The position numbers were made by a program, and so were the translations under genes. 64,000 bases of DNA from Thermodesulfobacteriota bacterium (lineage in GTDB: Bacteria; Desulfobacterota_D; UBA1144; Nemesobacterales; UBA2774): positions 1,120,001 through 1,184,000 of the forward strand of contig OY729416.1 of NCBI GenBank assembly GCA_963422265.1, given 5' to 3'. The notes beneath the pieces were generated by a model, which made no database searches, was not told the origin of the DNA, and worked only from the letters and a program-made list of their open reading frames with translations. Positions 55,110 through 64,000 of the stretch are shown here, in pieces. Every line of letters starts with the position of its first letter. Position 1 is the first letter of the stretch.

Positions 55110-56327
55110 ATGATTGCAATGAGGATGATAATAAGGCTAGGTATTCCAATATCACTGACGGGTAGATACTCAATACAAGGTAGGGAGAGTTTTGAGGGGC
55201 TCAACCTATGGGTTTCATATGTAAATAAATCGGGAGGAATCTTTGTCAAAGAGCTTGATGCGAGACTTCCTATTGAGCTTATTTATTTTGATGATGAAAG
55301 CTCCGAAGCCAATTGCATAGAAATCACGAAGAGACTAATTTCTAAGGAGAAGGTAGATATTTTACTGGGACCCTACTCTAGCTCGCTTGCTCTGGCTGCA
55401 TCTAGGGTTGCGGAGAATTACAGAAAAACGCTATGGAATCACGGTGGTTCTACGGATAAGATATTTAGATTGGGAAATAACGACAAGGTGAATTACGTTA
55501 TAAGCTCCATTACGCCTGCAAGCAAATATATGACGGGAGTAATAGATTTGATAAGAGCGACAAACCCGAGCGCAAATAAAATAGCGGCGTTCAGCGCCGA
55601 GAACAGCGGATTTTCACAAAACGTCGCTAAGGGAGCCAAAGTCTATGGGGAGCTAAATGGATTTGAGGTAAGGGAATACAAATACATATCGGGCGCAGGC
55701 AATTTTTCATCGCTTTTGAATGAGGCTCTAAATCATGAGCCTGATCTCATACTCGGAATGGGACGCGCTGAGGACGACGTTCAACTCGCCCGTCAAATAA
55801 CGGAAATAGGCAGGCGAGTAAATCACGCCTCTGAACCCCATACAATCGGGATTAGGGGTGGCGGCGGCGGGCACCGGCGAGCCATAGCGCTTGTCGTAGC
55901 TTCTATAAAGCTGTTTAAGGACGAGTTAAATGAAAACGTTCAGGGATATCTGTCACCAAGCCAGTGGGAAAGTGGAATAAATATAAATCCTGACCTGGGA
56001 CCCAAGCCCAGAGAGTTCACGGCTAATTTCAAATCGGCTTACGGGAAAGAACCTGACTACGTAGCGGCGCAGGGTTACAACGGTGGTCTTATAGTTCAGC
56101 GTTGTATAGAAACGTCTGGCTCTATCAAAGACTATATACTTAGGAGAACCGCCAAGAATAGCGAATTCAACACCTTTTACGGAGCTTTTAAGGTTGACCG
56201 GAATGGCAGACAAATCGGACACAAAATGCTAGTAATTCAATGGCAGAATGGAAGAAAAGTAATCGTCCACCCCAAATCATCAGCCGAAGGGGGATACGAA
56301 GCTACTCATAGTATTAGGAGTCTTTAA
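55110..56327 (+). CDS. Branched-chain amino-acid ABC-type substrate-binding protein (orphan, no obvious signal peptide)
   Basis: ISLTG, INKSGG-like, YFDDES, LLGPYSS, YGKEPDY.AAQGY; the 54909 start overlaps the aminotransferase and is unlikely. Confidence 0.8.
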   Translation: MIAMRMIIRLGIPISLTGRYSIQGRESFEGLNLWVSYVNKSGGIFVKELDARLPIELIYFDDESSEANCIEITKRLISKEKVDILLGPYSSSLALAASRVAENYRKTLWNHGGSTDKIFRLGNNDKVNYVISSITPASKYMTGVIDLIRATNPSANKIAAFSAENSGFSQNVAKGAKVYGELNGFEVREYKYISGAGNFSSLLNEALNHEPDLILGMGRAEDDVQLARQITEIGRRVNHASEPHTIGIRGGGGGHRRAIALVVASIKLFKDELNENVQGYLSPSQWESGININPDLGPKPREFTANFKSAYGKEPDYVAAQGYNGGLIVQRCIETSGSIKDYILRRTAKNSEFNTFYGAFKVDRNGRQIGHKMLVIQWQNGRKVIVHPKSSAEGGYEATHSIRSL

Positions 56328-56516
56328 CATAACTGGTAGATGCATATTCGGCACCAAATCACTATTAGCTTCCAATAGCTCGGGCACAACTACTTTCAGC
56401 AGGTACATAAGTTCATCTAACGTGTCAGCTCCTATGACCAATCCCGGCAAGTCTTCACTCTCGGCTATCCATTCATCTTCAATCCACTCAGCTTTAACTA
56501 TCAAATGGTCATCCAC
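56280..56516 (-). CDS. DUF1902 / HicB-like small protein
   Basis: VKAEW..WIAESEDLPGLVIGADTLDEL...PELLEAN; GGAGG RBS. Confidence 0.78.
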   Translation of the reverse strand: MDDHLIVKAEWIEDEWIAESEDLPGLVIGADTLDELMYLLKVVVPELLEANSDLVPNMHLPVMLKTPNTMSSFVSPFG

Positions 56517-56685
56517 GTCAATATCTTCCTCCCTCCCTCACTACTTAACTCTTAAACCACTCTCCTTTATACAAAGAAACAAGAGCCTCATCAAGGGGAT
56601 TCTAGGCAAAAGCTCTTCTTTAGCTTGCCTAACTTTTACAACTATAAGAACGTGTATCAAATCTATACACGCCAGTATAACCGCC

Positions 56686-56721
56686 AAGATGGTTTGGCAT
56701 GATTGGAAAGATGGTTTGGCA
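56686..56721 (+). repeat. 14-bp direct repeat, 22-bp period
   Basis: AAGATGGTTTGGCA at 56686-56699 and 56708-56721. Confidence 0.9.
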
Positions 56722-56891
56722 CGGAGTTGTGCGTGGCTCGTTGTGCTAAGGTGGCTAGAATTAAGTAACCAGCTTAATTTTAATAGGTATTTATCTACCA
56801 CTTAAAGGGCTTTTAAAGTGAGCTTAATATAACTGTGAAAGAGGTCTTAATGCCTTTTACGAGGGGGTTAATTGCACCTTACTTAATTCAT

Positions 56892-57554
56892 TTATTCCCA
56901 TATTTTCTGATCATGGACGTCAAACATTAGTAGTTCTTCTATAGTTTTCGTTGTCATTTCAGTTTTAAGCTGATTATATTGTTGGATAATTTTAGCCCTT
57001 TTAGTAGCGTGAATATCGTCTAGAGCCACAGCGTCTGGGTCGCCTTCTAATTTCCGTATTTTATGTAGTAGGTATTTTTCATATCCCTTTTTTCCTTCCT
57101 CAAAGCCGAAGAGTAGGCATATTTGTCTCTTTTTTTCATCGTAGATTGTGGTAGATAGTTCGGTTCTTTTATCTGCTAGTTTCTGTTGCTCCGCTGCCTG
57201 TATGATCTCTTCAAAAGTTGGTTTATTCTCAATATTGAGGGCATCCCAGTCAGCTTTGTTGAGTGGTTCTTTGTTTGCGATGTCTAGGTCTTCGTAATCA
57301 TCCATCATCTCTTTGAACAGGAATCCCTGACGAGCAAAAAAGACGGTTCCTGCATCCTCAAGTGCCTCCCACGTGGGTTTGTGGACAGGTGGTGGAAACA
57401 ATACCTTATTCCACGTTGCCTCGTCCATATCTGGAGAGTCTATATCTATCTCTGGTTCGCTGCTGCCTCTTGCGCGTTGGATGGCGAGGTGAATTTCTTG
57501 GGTGTATTGTATTCCCAGTTTTTGAAGTCCTGTGTATAGAGAAAAGCGTATCAT
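56892..57554 (-). CDS. Phage protein, possible tail-fibre assembly chaperone
   Basis: Overlaps the tail gene stop (ATGA); duplicated W...KPT(W/F)E motif. Confidence 0.5.
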   Translation of the reverse strand: MIRFSLYTGLQKLGIQYTQEIHLAIQRARGSSEPEIDIDSPDMDEATWNKVLFPPPVHKPTWEALEDAGTVFFARQGFLFKEMMDDYEDLDIANKEPLNKADWDALNIENKPTFEEIIQAAEQQKLADKRTELSTTIYDEKKRQICLLFGFEEGKKGYEKYLLHKIRKLEGDPDAVALDDIHATKRAKIIQQYNQLKTEMTTKTIEELLMFDVHDQKIWE

Positions 57555-59399
57555 GGCGATTTCAGTCCTATCATTTGCAGTATGACTCCCTCTTTAGAAT
57601 CACTATCAAGACGAACTCTTTGCATATAAATAGACCAGTCTAATGATGGATTGGCAGCGATAGCAAGATCAAATTCGGCGTTTTCTGCGGTGCTGGCAGG
57701 CACATAAACAAGTTGTTTCGTAATATCATACCAACTAGTTACGAGTGTTTTGTCTTTCCCAGTCCCCACCCATTCTTTCTTATAGCTCTCTCCAATTTTT
57801 ATATTCCACCTATCATAACTATTATAATTCAGTATAGAGTTGGTGGGGACTTCAATGCTTCCAATATAAACATTGCCTGAGCTAAAAAACGCTACGCAGA
57901 TCAGCAAGGAATCGAAACGAGCTGTAAAGTTACTTCCACGTTTCCAGGGGGCTTTTAATGTAATTCTTCTCCAAGTGCTCCGTTCAATAAATGGGGCATT
58001 GAAGCGTTCTTTCCTATCACTTCTATAATAGACGAATCTGTTTGATAATATATTTGCAGAGAATAGCAGGGCAGCATTACGGACGTTTGAGTCTATATTT
58101 CCTGCCCGCAGGGTGCCTTTTACGGTTGCAGAGCCGAGGTCAATTGAGCCGGAGGACATGTGAGAGGCAGTTATAGCGTCTGCCTGTATATGTTCTGCTA
58201 ACACCTGATTTGCCCCTATTTTGCTGGATGTCACGGCACCTGCTTTTATCTGCAGGGCGGTAACGGCTCCAGTGCTGATTTTATCTGCGGTAACAGAGTT
58301 AGAGTTAAGCTTTGGAGTAGAAATACTTCCATCTTGGATTTCAGTTGATGTAATTGCTCCTCTGGCGATTCCAGTTTGATATTCCCACGGCCTCCACTGG
58401 TTTTTGTCGTTTTTCTCTTTTCCCCGGTAGTACGTTTTTCCATCCCAGAACTGTGTTGCAAACTGTCTATTTGCGCCCGCAAATGTCATTATCATCCCTG
58501 GAACACGATTAGGAGCCCCTGTTGCGCTGGAAGGGTAATTGTAAATTGTTCCGTCTTTCAGGTTGTTGAGATTGTTGGTGGTGTCCAGCCCTGCTCTTGC
58601 TTCTGTGATTACGGTTTCTGGGATTTCCACTTCGGGGACGCTGCCAGCTATTCCGGCGACCAGAGCTGTCCAATCGCTAGCTGTGCCTGATGCGTGTATT
58701 GCACGCACTCGTGCGTAGCGAGTGACACCTGCGTTAGCAGTTAGATTAAAGATAGGATTATCACCTTTGTAGAAGCTTTGGACAGTAACTCTGCTGCCTC
58801 CGAGTTTAGCTGTCAGAATCTCTATCTCGTGCCTCACGATGTCCTGCGAGGTGCTGTTTTTCCATTGCCACCGAATTACATCTATATTAGAGGTGCTGCG
58901 CAGGTTAGTTGGTGGATTTACAGTTACAATCTTGACATTCGTAGTGGTAGTGGAAGCTAGCCCTCTTATCTGGCCTGTAAGATTCAGTGCGTGGACGCGG
59001 AAGTCAAAGCCGACGTTGGGCATGACCCCCTCAGAGATACGGACTGAGCTACCTTTATATGTGCCGACCTCTCGGTAGGCAGACACGTCTTCTGTTGTCC
59101 GTTTCATCTCTACAACTGCCCCTCCGTAGTTTCTTTCAGGTGGGTTCCACGACAGGTCAATCCATGCGATAATCCCTTCTCCAGAGGTGCTAACGCTGAG
59201 CGTAGCAGAGAGGTTGGCGACTGGGGCAGGATGTGTGTGTTCGTAGTCTGGTGGGATGTCAAACTGTTTGTCCACAGGCAGCTGTGCCGATGGCTCGTAT
59301 GTAAAAGCATCTGCTGAATAGGGCACTAATGTCAATGACTGCGTACCAGCTATGCGGTGTTTGGATGCGACAACCTCCCAGTTGCCTTTCTCTCCGAGT
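57551..59399 (-). pseudogene. 5'-truncated phage tail/host-specificity protein with FN3 domains
   Basis: P.PV.NL...LSW.PP...FRVHA.N FN3-like repeats; (I/V)T..(K/Q)I..GA repeats; begins abruptly at the fic junction. Confidence 0.7.
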
Positions 59400-60023
59400 G
59401 AGCAGTTCATTAACAATAAGCGATCCTGTTCCTTGTACCCCCTGATAAAAATGGTGCTGATTCACCATCAGTTTGAAAGCATACATCCTTTTTATGATGG
59501 CAATGGTAGAGTCGGACGCGTTATCAATATCCTCTACCTAGTTATGAATCAATTACTTGACACTCCTATTCTATGTCTCAGCCGTTACATTAACCATAAT
59601 AAGGAAGACTATTATCGACTATTGCAAGAGGTGCGAGATGAAGATAAATGGGAAGAATGGGTTGTCTATATGCTTGAAGGCGTCTCAATGACAGCGCAAA
59701 GCACCCTGTCATTGATAGAGAAGATTAAGATTTTATTGCACGAGCAAAAACACAACATTTGCAACAATTATCCGAGGATATACAGCCAGGATTTACTTAA
59801 CAACCTATTTAAGAATCCTTACACCAAAATCCAACTACTCGTGAGAGAGTTGAAGATATCACGAGCAACGGCTACGCGCTACTTGTAAACCTTAACCGAT
59901 ATGGACATTCTGGAAAAGCGAAGACTGGGGCGAGAAAATTATTACCTCAACAAAAAACTGATTGATCTGTTATTTAACATTCCTCGGATAGACAAAGTAG
60001 AGGACATCGTACCCGCAGATTAA
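59400..60023 (+). pseudogene. Fic-family protein, N-truncated, with an in-frame TAA
   Basis: HQFESIHPFYDGNGRVGR; after TAA at 59886-59888 the frame continues TLTDMDILEKRRLGRENYYLNKKL to TAA 60023. Confidence 0.85.
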
Positions 60024-60035
60024 AGCGTACTGAAA

Positions 60036-60101
60036 ATGACCAAAGAAATAATCAAACAGCAAGACGTGAACAACGCTGTGTGGAAGCAGTCCACTGATTG
60101 A
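60036..60101 (+). pseudogene. Possible N-terminal stub of type I R-M HsdM
   Basis: MTKEIIKQQDVNNAVWK resembles HsdM N-termini; 12 bp after fic. Confidence 0.4.
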
Positions 60102-60257
60102 AGCAACACAAGAAAATCTGCGCTTTTCACCTGCGTAATCCGCGGATATAATTAAAAGAAAGCATAGGCTGGAAATGGCGTTGGCTTAAAAGCTCAAGAG
60201 TAACAAATACTACCTAAATAACTAGCGTTGTTACCATCAAAAAGGCACTTAGTCATA

Positions 60258-61010
60258 ATGACTGATATTGAAGAGAAAATATCTAAAGCTAGGGAGAAAG
60301 TAGGGGGTGCTTCTAATATAGTGGTTCTCACAGGGGCGGGTATTTCCGCTGAGAGTGGCGTGCCTACGTTCAGGGGACAGAAAGGACTCTGGGAGAACGT
60401 TAAACCCGAAGAGTTCGCCACACCCGAAGCATTTTGGAGAGATCCAAAACTAGTGTGGGAATGGTATGATTGGAGAAGGAAGGTCATGAAGGAAGCAAAG
60501 CCCAATCCCGGACATTACGCCCTCGCTGAGCTTGAGAGTCTGAAAGGCGGGCTCACCCTAATAACGCAGAATATAGACGGGCTTCACCAGATGGCTGGCA
60601 GTGGAAACGTTACAGAGATACACGGTAACATTTGGCAGATTAGATGCACTAAGTGCGGCAAGATAGAGGAAAATCATAAGGTTCCCCTAACGGAGTTGCC
60701 GCCTACGTGCGGATCGTGCGGGGAGCTAGGAAGACCAAACGTCGTCTGGTTCGGAGAGAACATACCGATGGAAGTAATAGATCAATCCCTTGGAGCTATA
60801 GAGGAATGCGACGTTATACTAATCGTGGGCACTTCGGGCATCGTTGAGCCTGCCGCCTCTATGGGTCTGGTGGCAAAGCAAACTGGCAAGACAGTCATCG
60901 AAATAAATCTTGAGCCAACCCATAACTCTCCGTTATACGACCTGACGATACAGGGCAAGTCCGGCGATATACTGCCGTTGCTATATACTTCCGCCGCCAC
61001 GTATAGCTGA
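60258..61010 (+). CDS. cobB: NAD-dependent protein deacylase (class III sirtuin)
   Basis: GAGISAESGVPTFRG, WYDWRR, TQNIDGLH, HG, two CxxC, RPNVVWFGE. Confidence 0.93.
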   Translation: MTDIEEKISKAREKVGGASNIVVLTGAGISAESGVPTFRGQKGLWENVKPEEFATPEAFWRDPKLVWEWYDWRRKVMKEAKPNPGHYALAELESLKGGLTLITQNIDGLHQMAGSGNVTEIHGNIWQIRCTKCGKIEENHKVPLTELPPTCGSCGELGRPNVVWFGENIPMEVIDQSLGAIEECDVILIVGTSGIVEPAASMGLVAKQTGKTVIEINLEPTHNSPLYDLTIQGKSGDILPLLYTSAATYS

Positions 61011-61024
61011 GCAATAGCGTTTAA

Positions 61025-62008
61025 TCATTTATCTGTGAAAACAGACACCGGCGTTCGCCGTTTATTCCTGACAAGCTTGGCAGCTAGCTTTATAGCGGCA
61101 GCCATGCTTGAAGGGTCGGCTTTTCCTTCCCATGCAATATCAAACGCCGTTCCGTGGTCGGGAGAGGTCCTTATTATGGGCAATCCCAGCGTAACGTTCA
61201 CTCCTTTATCAAAGGAGAGCATCTTAAAAGGGATCAGCCCCTGATCGTGATACATCGCCACGACGGCGTCCCACTCACCGCGGTTAGCATAGTAGAACAA
61301 GGTATCAGCGGGCAACGGTCCTGTAACGTCAATCCCTAATTCTTTCGCCTCTTTAACTGCAGGGATAATGTGAAGTATTTCCTCGTTCCCAAATACCCCT
61401 GATTCTCCAGCGTGTGGGTTCAAACCGCACACTGCGATTTTAGGCTTAGATACGTTAAATAGATTCACGAGCGAAGAGTGCGCGATTTGAATAGTAGAAA
61501 ACACCCTCTCCTGCGTAACCAGCGCTGGCACGTCTGATAGTGCACAGTGTATCGTCACCAATACAACGCGGAAGTTTCCACCTTCAAACATCATGACGGC
61601 GCTATCGGTTCCGGTCAGCTCCTGGAGCATTTCAGTGTGCCCCGGATGCTTCGACCCAGCCATATTAATAGACTCTTTACTAATAGGTGCCGTAACTACG
61701 GCGTCTATTTCTTTAGCAATAGCCGAGCGGACGGCTTTCTCTATGTAGGATAAGCTCGCCTGCCCCGCAAGGGCAGCAACGTGTCCGCACTTGATGTGTC
61801 TTCCCTTAAAGTTAGGAATTTCTACAAGCTCTAAATCAAGACCTAATCCCGTGATCCTCTCCGCTTCATCAATTATTTCACGGCTGCCGTATATTAGTAC
61901 CCTGCAAGCATTGCGAACCTCGATAAGGCTCACAGCCTTAAGGACAACCTCGGCACCTATCCCATTCGGATCTCCAATCGTAATACCGATTCTCGGCCTA
62001 TCATCCAT
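61025..62008 (-). CDS. pdxA: 4-hydroxythreonine-4-phosphate dehydrogenase
   Basis: GDPNGIG, GHTE, LNPHAGE, MYHDQG, RTSPDHGTA. Confidence 0.94.
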   Translation of the reverse strand: MDDRPRIGITIGDPNGIGAEVVLKAVSLIEVRNACRVLIYGSREIIDEAERITGLGLDLELVEIPNFKGRHIKCGHVAALAGQASLSYIEKAVRSAIAKEIDAVVTAPISKESINMAGSKHPGHTEMLQELTGTDSAVMMFEGGNFRVVLVTIHCALSDVPALVTQERVFSTIQIAHSSLVNLFNVSKPKIAVCGLNPHAGESGVFGNEEILHIIPAVKEAKELGIDVTGPLPADTLFYYANRGEWDAVVAMYHDQGLIPFKMLSFDKGVNVTLGLPIIRTSPDHGTAFDIAWEGKADPSSMAAAIKLAAKLVRNKRRTPVSVFTDK

Positions 62009-62014
62009 ATCCCT

Positions 62015-62797
62015 TCACGCGCCTGCGACGGTACTGATCCGTTCAAGTCCAAAGAGCCTGTCCGCATTAGCCGTGGTTATATCCGCTATTTCCTCAAATG
62101 ACGTCCCCCTAACCCCTGCAATCGTCTCGGCAATGTATTTAACGTAAGCGGGCTCATTCGCCCTTCGTCTAAATGGCTCGGGCGTGAGATAGGGAGAGTC
62201 GGTCTCTATCAGTATTTTGTCCTTAGGGATTTTTTTCGCCGCATCTCTTATCTCTTCTGACTTCTTAAAGGTTACTATCCCTGAGAACGAAATGTAAAAA
62301 CCTAGCTCTAGGTATTTTCTAGCGGTTTCATAGCCACCAGTAAAACAGTGAATAACGCCGCCTCTGTCGGATAGACTTTCCCGCTTTAGTATAGCTACAA
62401 GATCGCTTTCAGCCTCTCTTACGTGCAGAACAATCGGCAGATTCGCCTCCCTTGCAAGCTTTATGTGCCTAACCAGAGATCCAATCTGAACCTCCCTTTC
62501 AGAATTCATATAGTAGTAGTCAAGGCCAGTTTCACCTATAGCCACGACTTTGCGGTTATTCAAGAGATTTCTAAACTCTCCTATAATTTGAGGATTTGTG
62601 ATTGATGCATTGTGCGGGTGAACGCCCACCGTAGCGAATACCACTTCTTCTCTATTGGCAAGTGAGATGGTATTTTGGGATGACTCTAGGTCCGACGCGA
62701 TTGAAACTATCTTTCTTACGCCTTCATCATACGCTCTTTTCAATACTTCCTGTAAATTTTCTAGTGAAACTAAGTGGGCATGACTATCCGTAAGCAT
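62015..62797 (-). CDS. TatD family hydrolase
   Basis: DSHAH, GVHPH, IGETGLDY, HCF, ETDSPY; ATG at 62797 avoids overlap with nrdR. Confidence 0.93.
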   Translation of the reverse strand: MLTDSHAHLVSLENLQEVLKRAYDEGVRKIVSIASDLESSQNTISLANREEVVFATVGVHPHNASITNPQIIGEFRNLLNNRKVVAIGETGLDYYYMNSEREVQIGSLVRHIKLAREANLPIVLHVREAESDLVAILKRESLSDRGGVIHCFTGGYETARKYLELGFYISFSGIVTFKKSEEIRDAAKKIPKDKILIETDSPYLTPEPFRRRANEPAYVKYIAETIAGVRGTSFEEIADITTANADRLFGLERISTVAGA

Positions 62798-62810
62798 CTC
62801 TGTCTTAACA

Positions 62811-63284
62811 TCACTTTCTATCGGGATATTTTTTGTCCTTAAGGATCCCTTTGAGTTCATTCATAAACTGATTTACGTCCTTAAACGACCTATAAACCGA
62901 CGCGAATCGGACGTAGGCGACCTCGTCAATTTCATAGAGCTTACTAATCACCATTTCACCGATTTTACTGCTTTCAATCTCCCTTTCGCCACTTTCCTGA
63001 AACTCCCTTTCCAGATTAGATACGAATCCCTCAATTACGTTAACGCTAACAGGTCTTTTCTCGCAAGCTTTTATCATTCCCGAGATAATTTTATTGCGGT
63101 TAAATGGTTCCCTCACTCCGTCCTTCTTTATAATCATCAATTCTACTTGCTCTACTCTCTCATAGGTTGTAAAGCGGCTCTTACAATCAAGGCATTCCCT
63201 CCGCCTTCTAATAGAACTCTCCTCCTTAGAGAGGCGCGAGTCAATAACCCTGCTTTCCAGTCCTGAACAGAATGGGCATTTCAT
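62811..63284 (-). CDS. nrdR: Transcriptional repressor NrdR
   Basis: MKCPFC, RRRREC..C, RFTTYE, AYVRFASVY. Confidence 0.97.
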   Translation of the reverse strand: MKCPFCSGLESRVIDSRLSKEESSIRRRRECLDCKSRFTTYERVEQVELMIIKKDGVREPFNRNKIISGMIKACEKRPVSVNVIEGFVSNLEREFQESGEREIESSKIGEMVISKLYEIDEVAYVRFASVYRSFKDVNQFMNELKGILKDKKYPDRK

Positions 63285-64000
63285 CTATACAAGCCTGTGC
63301 TTATAAATAGGAAACTGCTCACATAGCCCTCGGACGTCTTCTTTGATCCGAGAAAGCACCTTGTCATTCCCGATATTATTTAAGGCTTCTATTATAAAAT
63401 CGGCGATTGCGTTCATTTCCCCTTCTTTCATGCCTCTTGTCGTTACGGCTGGGGTGCCAATCCTGATTCCGCTCGCTATAGCAGGGGGTTTTGGATCAAA
63501 AGGGATTGCGTTTTTATTCACTGTTATTCCGGCTCTCTCAAGCGTTTCTTCGGCAATTTTACCTGTAAACTCGGTCTCTCTAAGGTTAACTAGCACCAGA
63601 TGATTATCCGTTCCTCCTGAGACTAGTTTAAGCCCAGACTCGGATATGAGCTCGCCTAGCCTCTTCGCATTTTTAACGATCTGCTTTTGGTATTCCCTAA
63701 ACTCGGGATGCAGGGCTTCTTTGAAAGCCACTGCCTTCGCCGCTATAACGTGCATAAGAGGCCCCCCCTGGGTCCCGGGAAAAACTCTACTATTAATCTT
63801 TCTTTGATGCTTCTCCGTTGTCATTATCATACCCCCCCGTGGCCCGCGTAACGTCTTGTGCGTAGTAGTAGTGACGAAATCACAGTGTGGAATGGGGTTA
63901 GAGTATAGACCGGCGACCACCAGCCCCGCCGGATGCGCAATATCCGCCATAAGAAGTGCTCCGGACTCATCGGCGATTTCCCTTAATCTGGCAAAATCTA
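63285..64000 (-). CDS. glyA: Serine hydroxymethyltransferase (5' part outside the window)
   Basis: [36 protein letters not shown]. Confidence 0.96.
   Translation of the reverse strand, partial: DFARLREIADESGALLMADIAHPAGLVVAGLYSNPIPHCDFVTTTTHKTLRGPRGGMIMTTEKHQRKINSRVFPGTQGGPLMHVIAAKAVAFKEALHPEFREYQKQIVKNAKRLGELISESGLKLVSGGTDNHLVLVNLRETEFTGKIAEETLERAGITVNKNAIPFDPKPPAIASGIRIGTPAVTTRGMKEGEMNAIADFIIEALNNIGNDKVLSRIKEDVRGLCEQFPIYKHRLV

Larger units (their letters stand above)
56676..59399 (-). mobile_element. Prophage remnant (tail module), probably the right end of a transposable phage
   Basis: Tail-like genes read toward two 14-bp direct repeats with 22-bp period near a TATAA (decayed TGTAA?) terminus. 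Confidence 0.55.

Noticed and set aside
56686..56730. CRISPR array or sigma54 promoter
   Set aside because: Only two 14-bp copies with an 8-bp gap and no cas genes; GG-to-GC spacing is 11 rather than 10
57551..59399. Diversity-generating retroelement or shufflon acting on the tail gene
   Set aside because: No reverse transcriptase, template/variable repeat pair, invertase or inverted cassettes seen
60258..61010. Sir2-type antiphage NADase next to the accessory region
   Set aside because: Canonical zinc-binding CobB deacylase with class III Y/R residues; no defence partner

Overview
Bacterial chromosomal window of mostly housekeeping genes: queE/queC, a cytochrome c-FTR1 iron transporter, heterodimeric methylmalonyl-CoA mutase, rimI, polyprenyl synthase, fbp, tRNA-Leu/tRNA-Cys, panBCD, mltD, ogg, trpCD/trpFBA, nusB-ribH-ribBA, guaBA, xerC-hslVU, fmt-rsmD-coaD, cobB, pdxA-tatD-nrdR-glyA. 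The gene style suggests a deltaproteobacteria-like or Dadabacteria-like lineage, but that is an impression only. Three decaying accessory regions interrupt the backbone. (1) A ~7.2 kb integrase-less island at the tRNA-Leu 3' end carries an Hhe-type DUF4011-helicase-nuclease defence gene broken by two in-frame stops. (2) Two tandem type II R-M modules sit after panD; in the second, the methyltransferase has three frameshifts while the nuclease ORF is intact. (3) A mosaic scar at ~56.3-60.1 kb holds what looks like the right end of a transposable (Mu-like) prophage with tail genes, joined to a truncated fic gene and an hsdM stub. A pan-type RNA hairpin plus terminator precedes panB, and several core genes appear leaderless. 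I found no clearly intact, novel multi-gene system. All family assignments come from motif recognition, not database searches.
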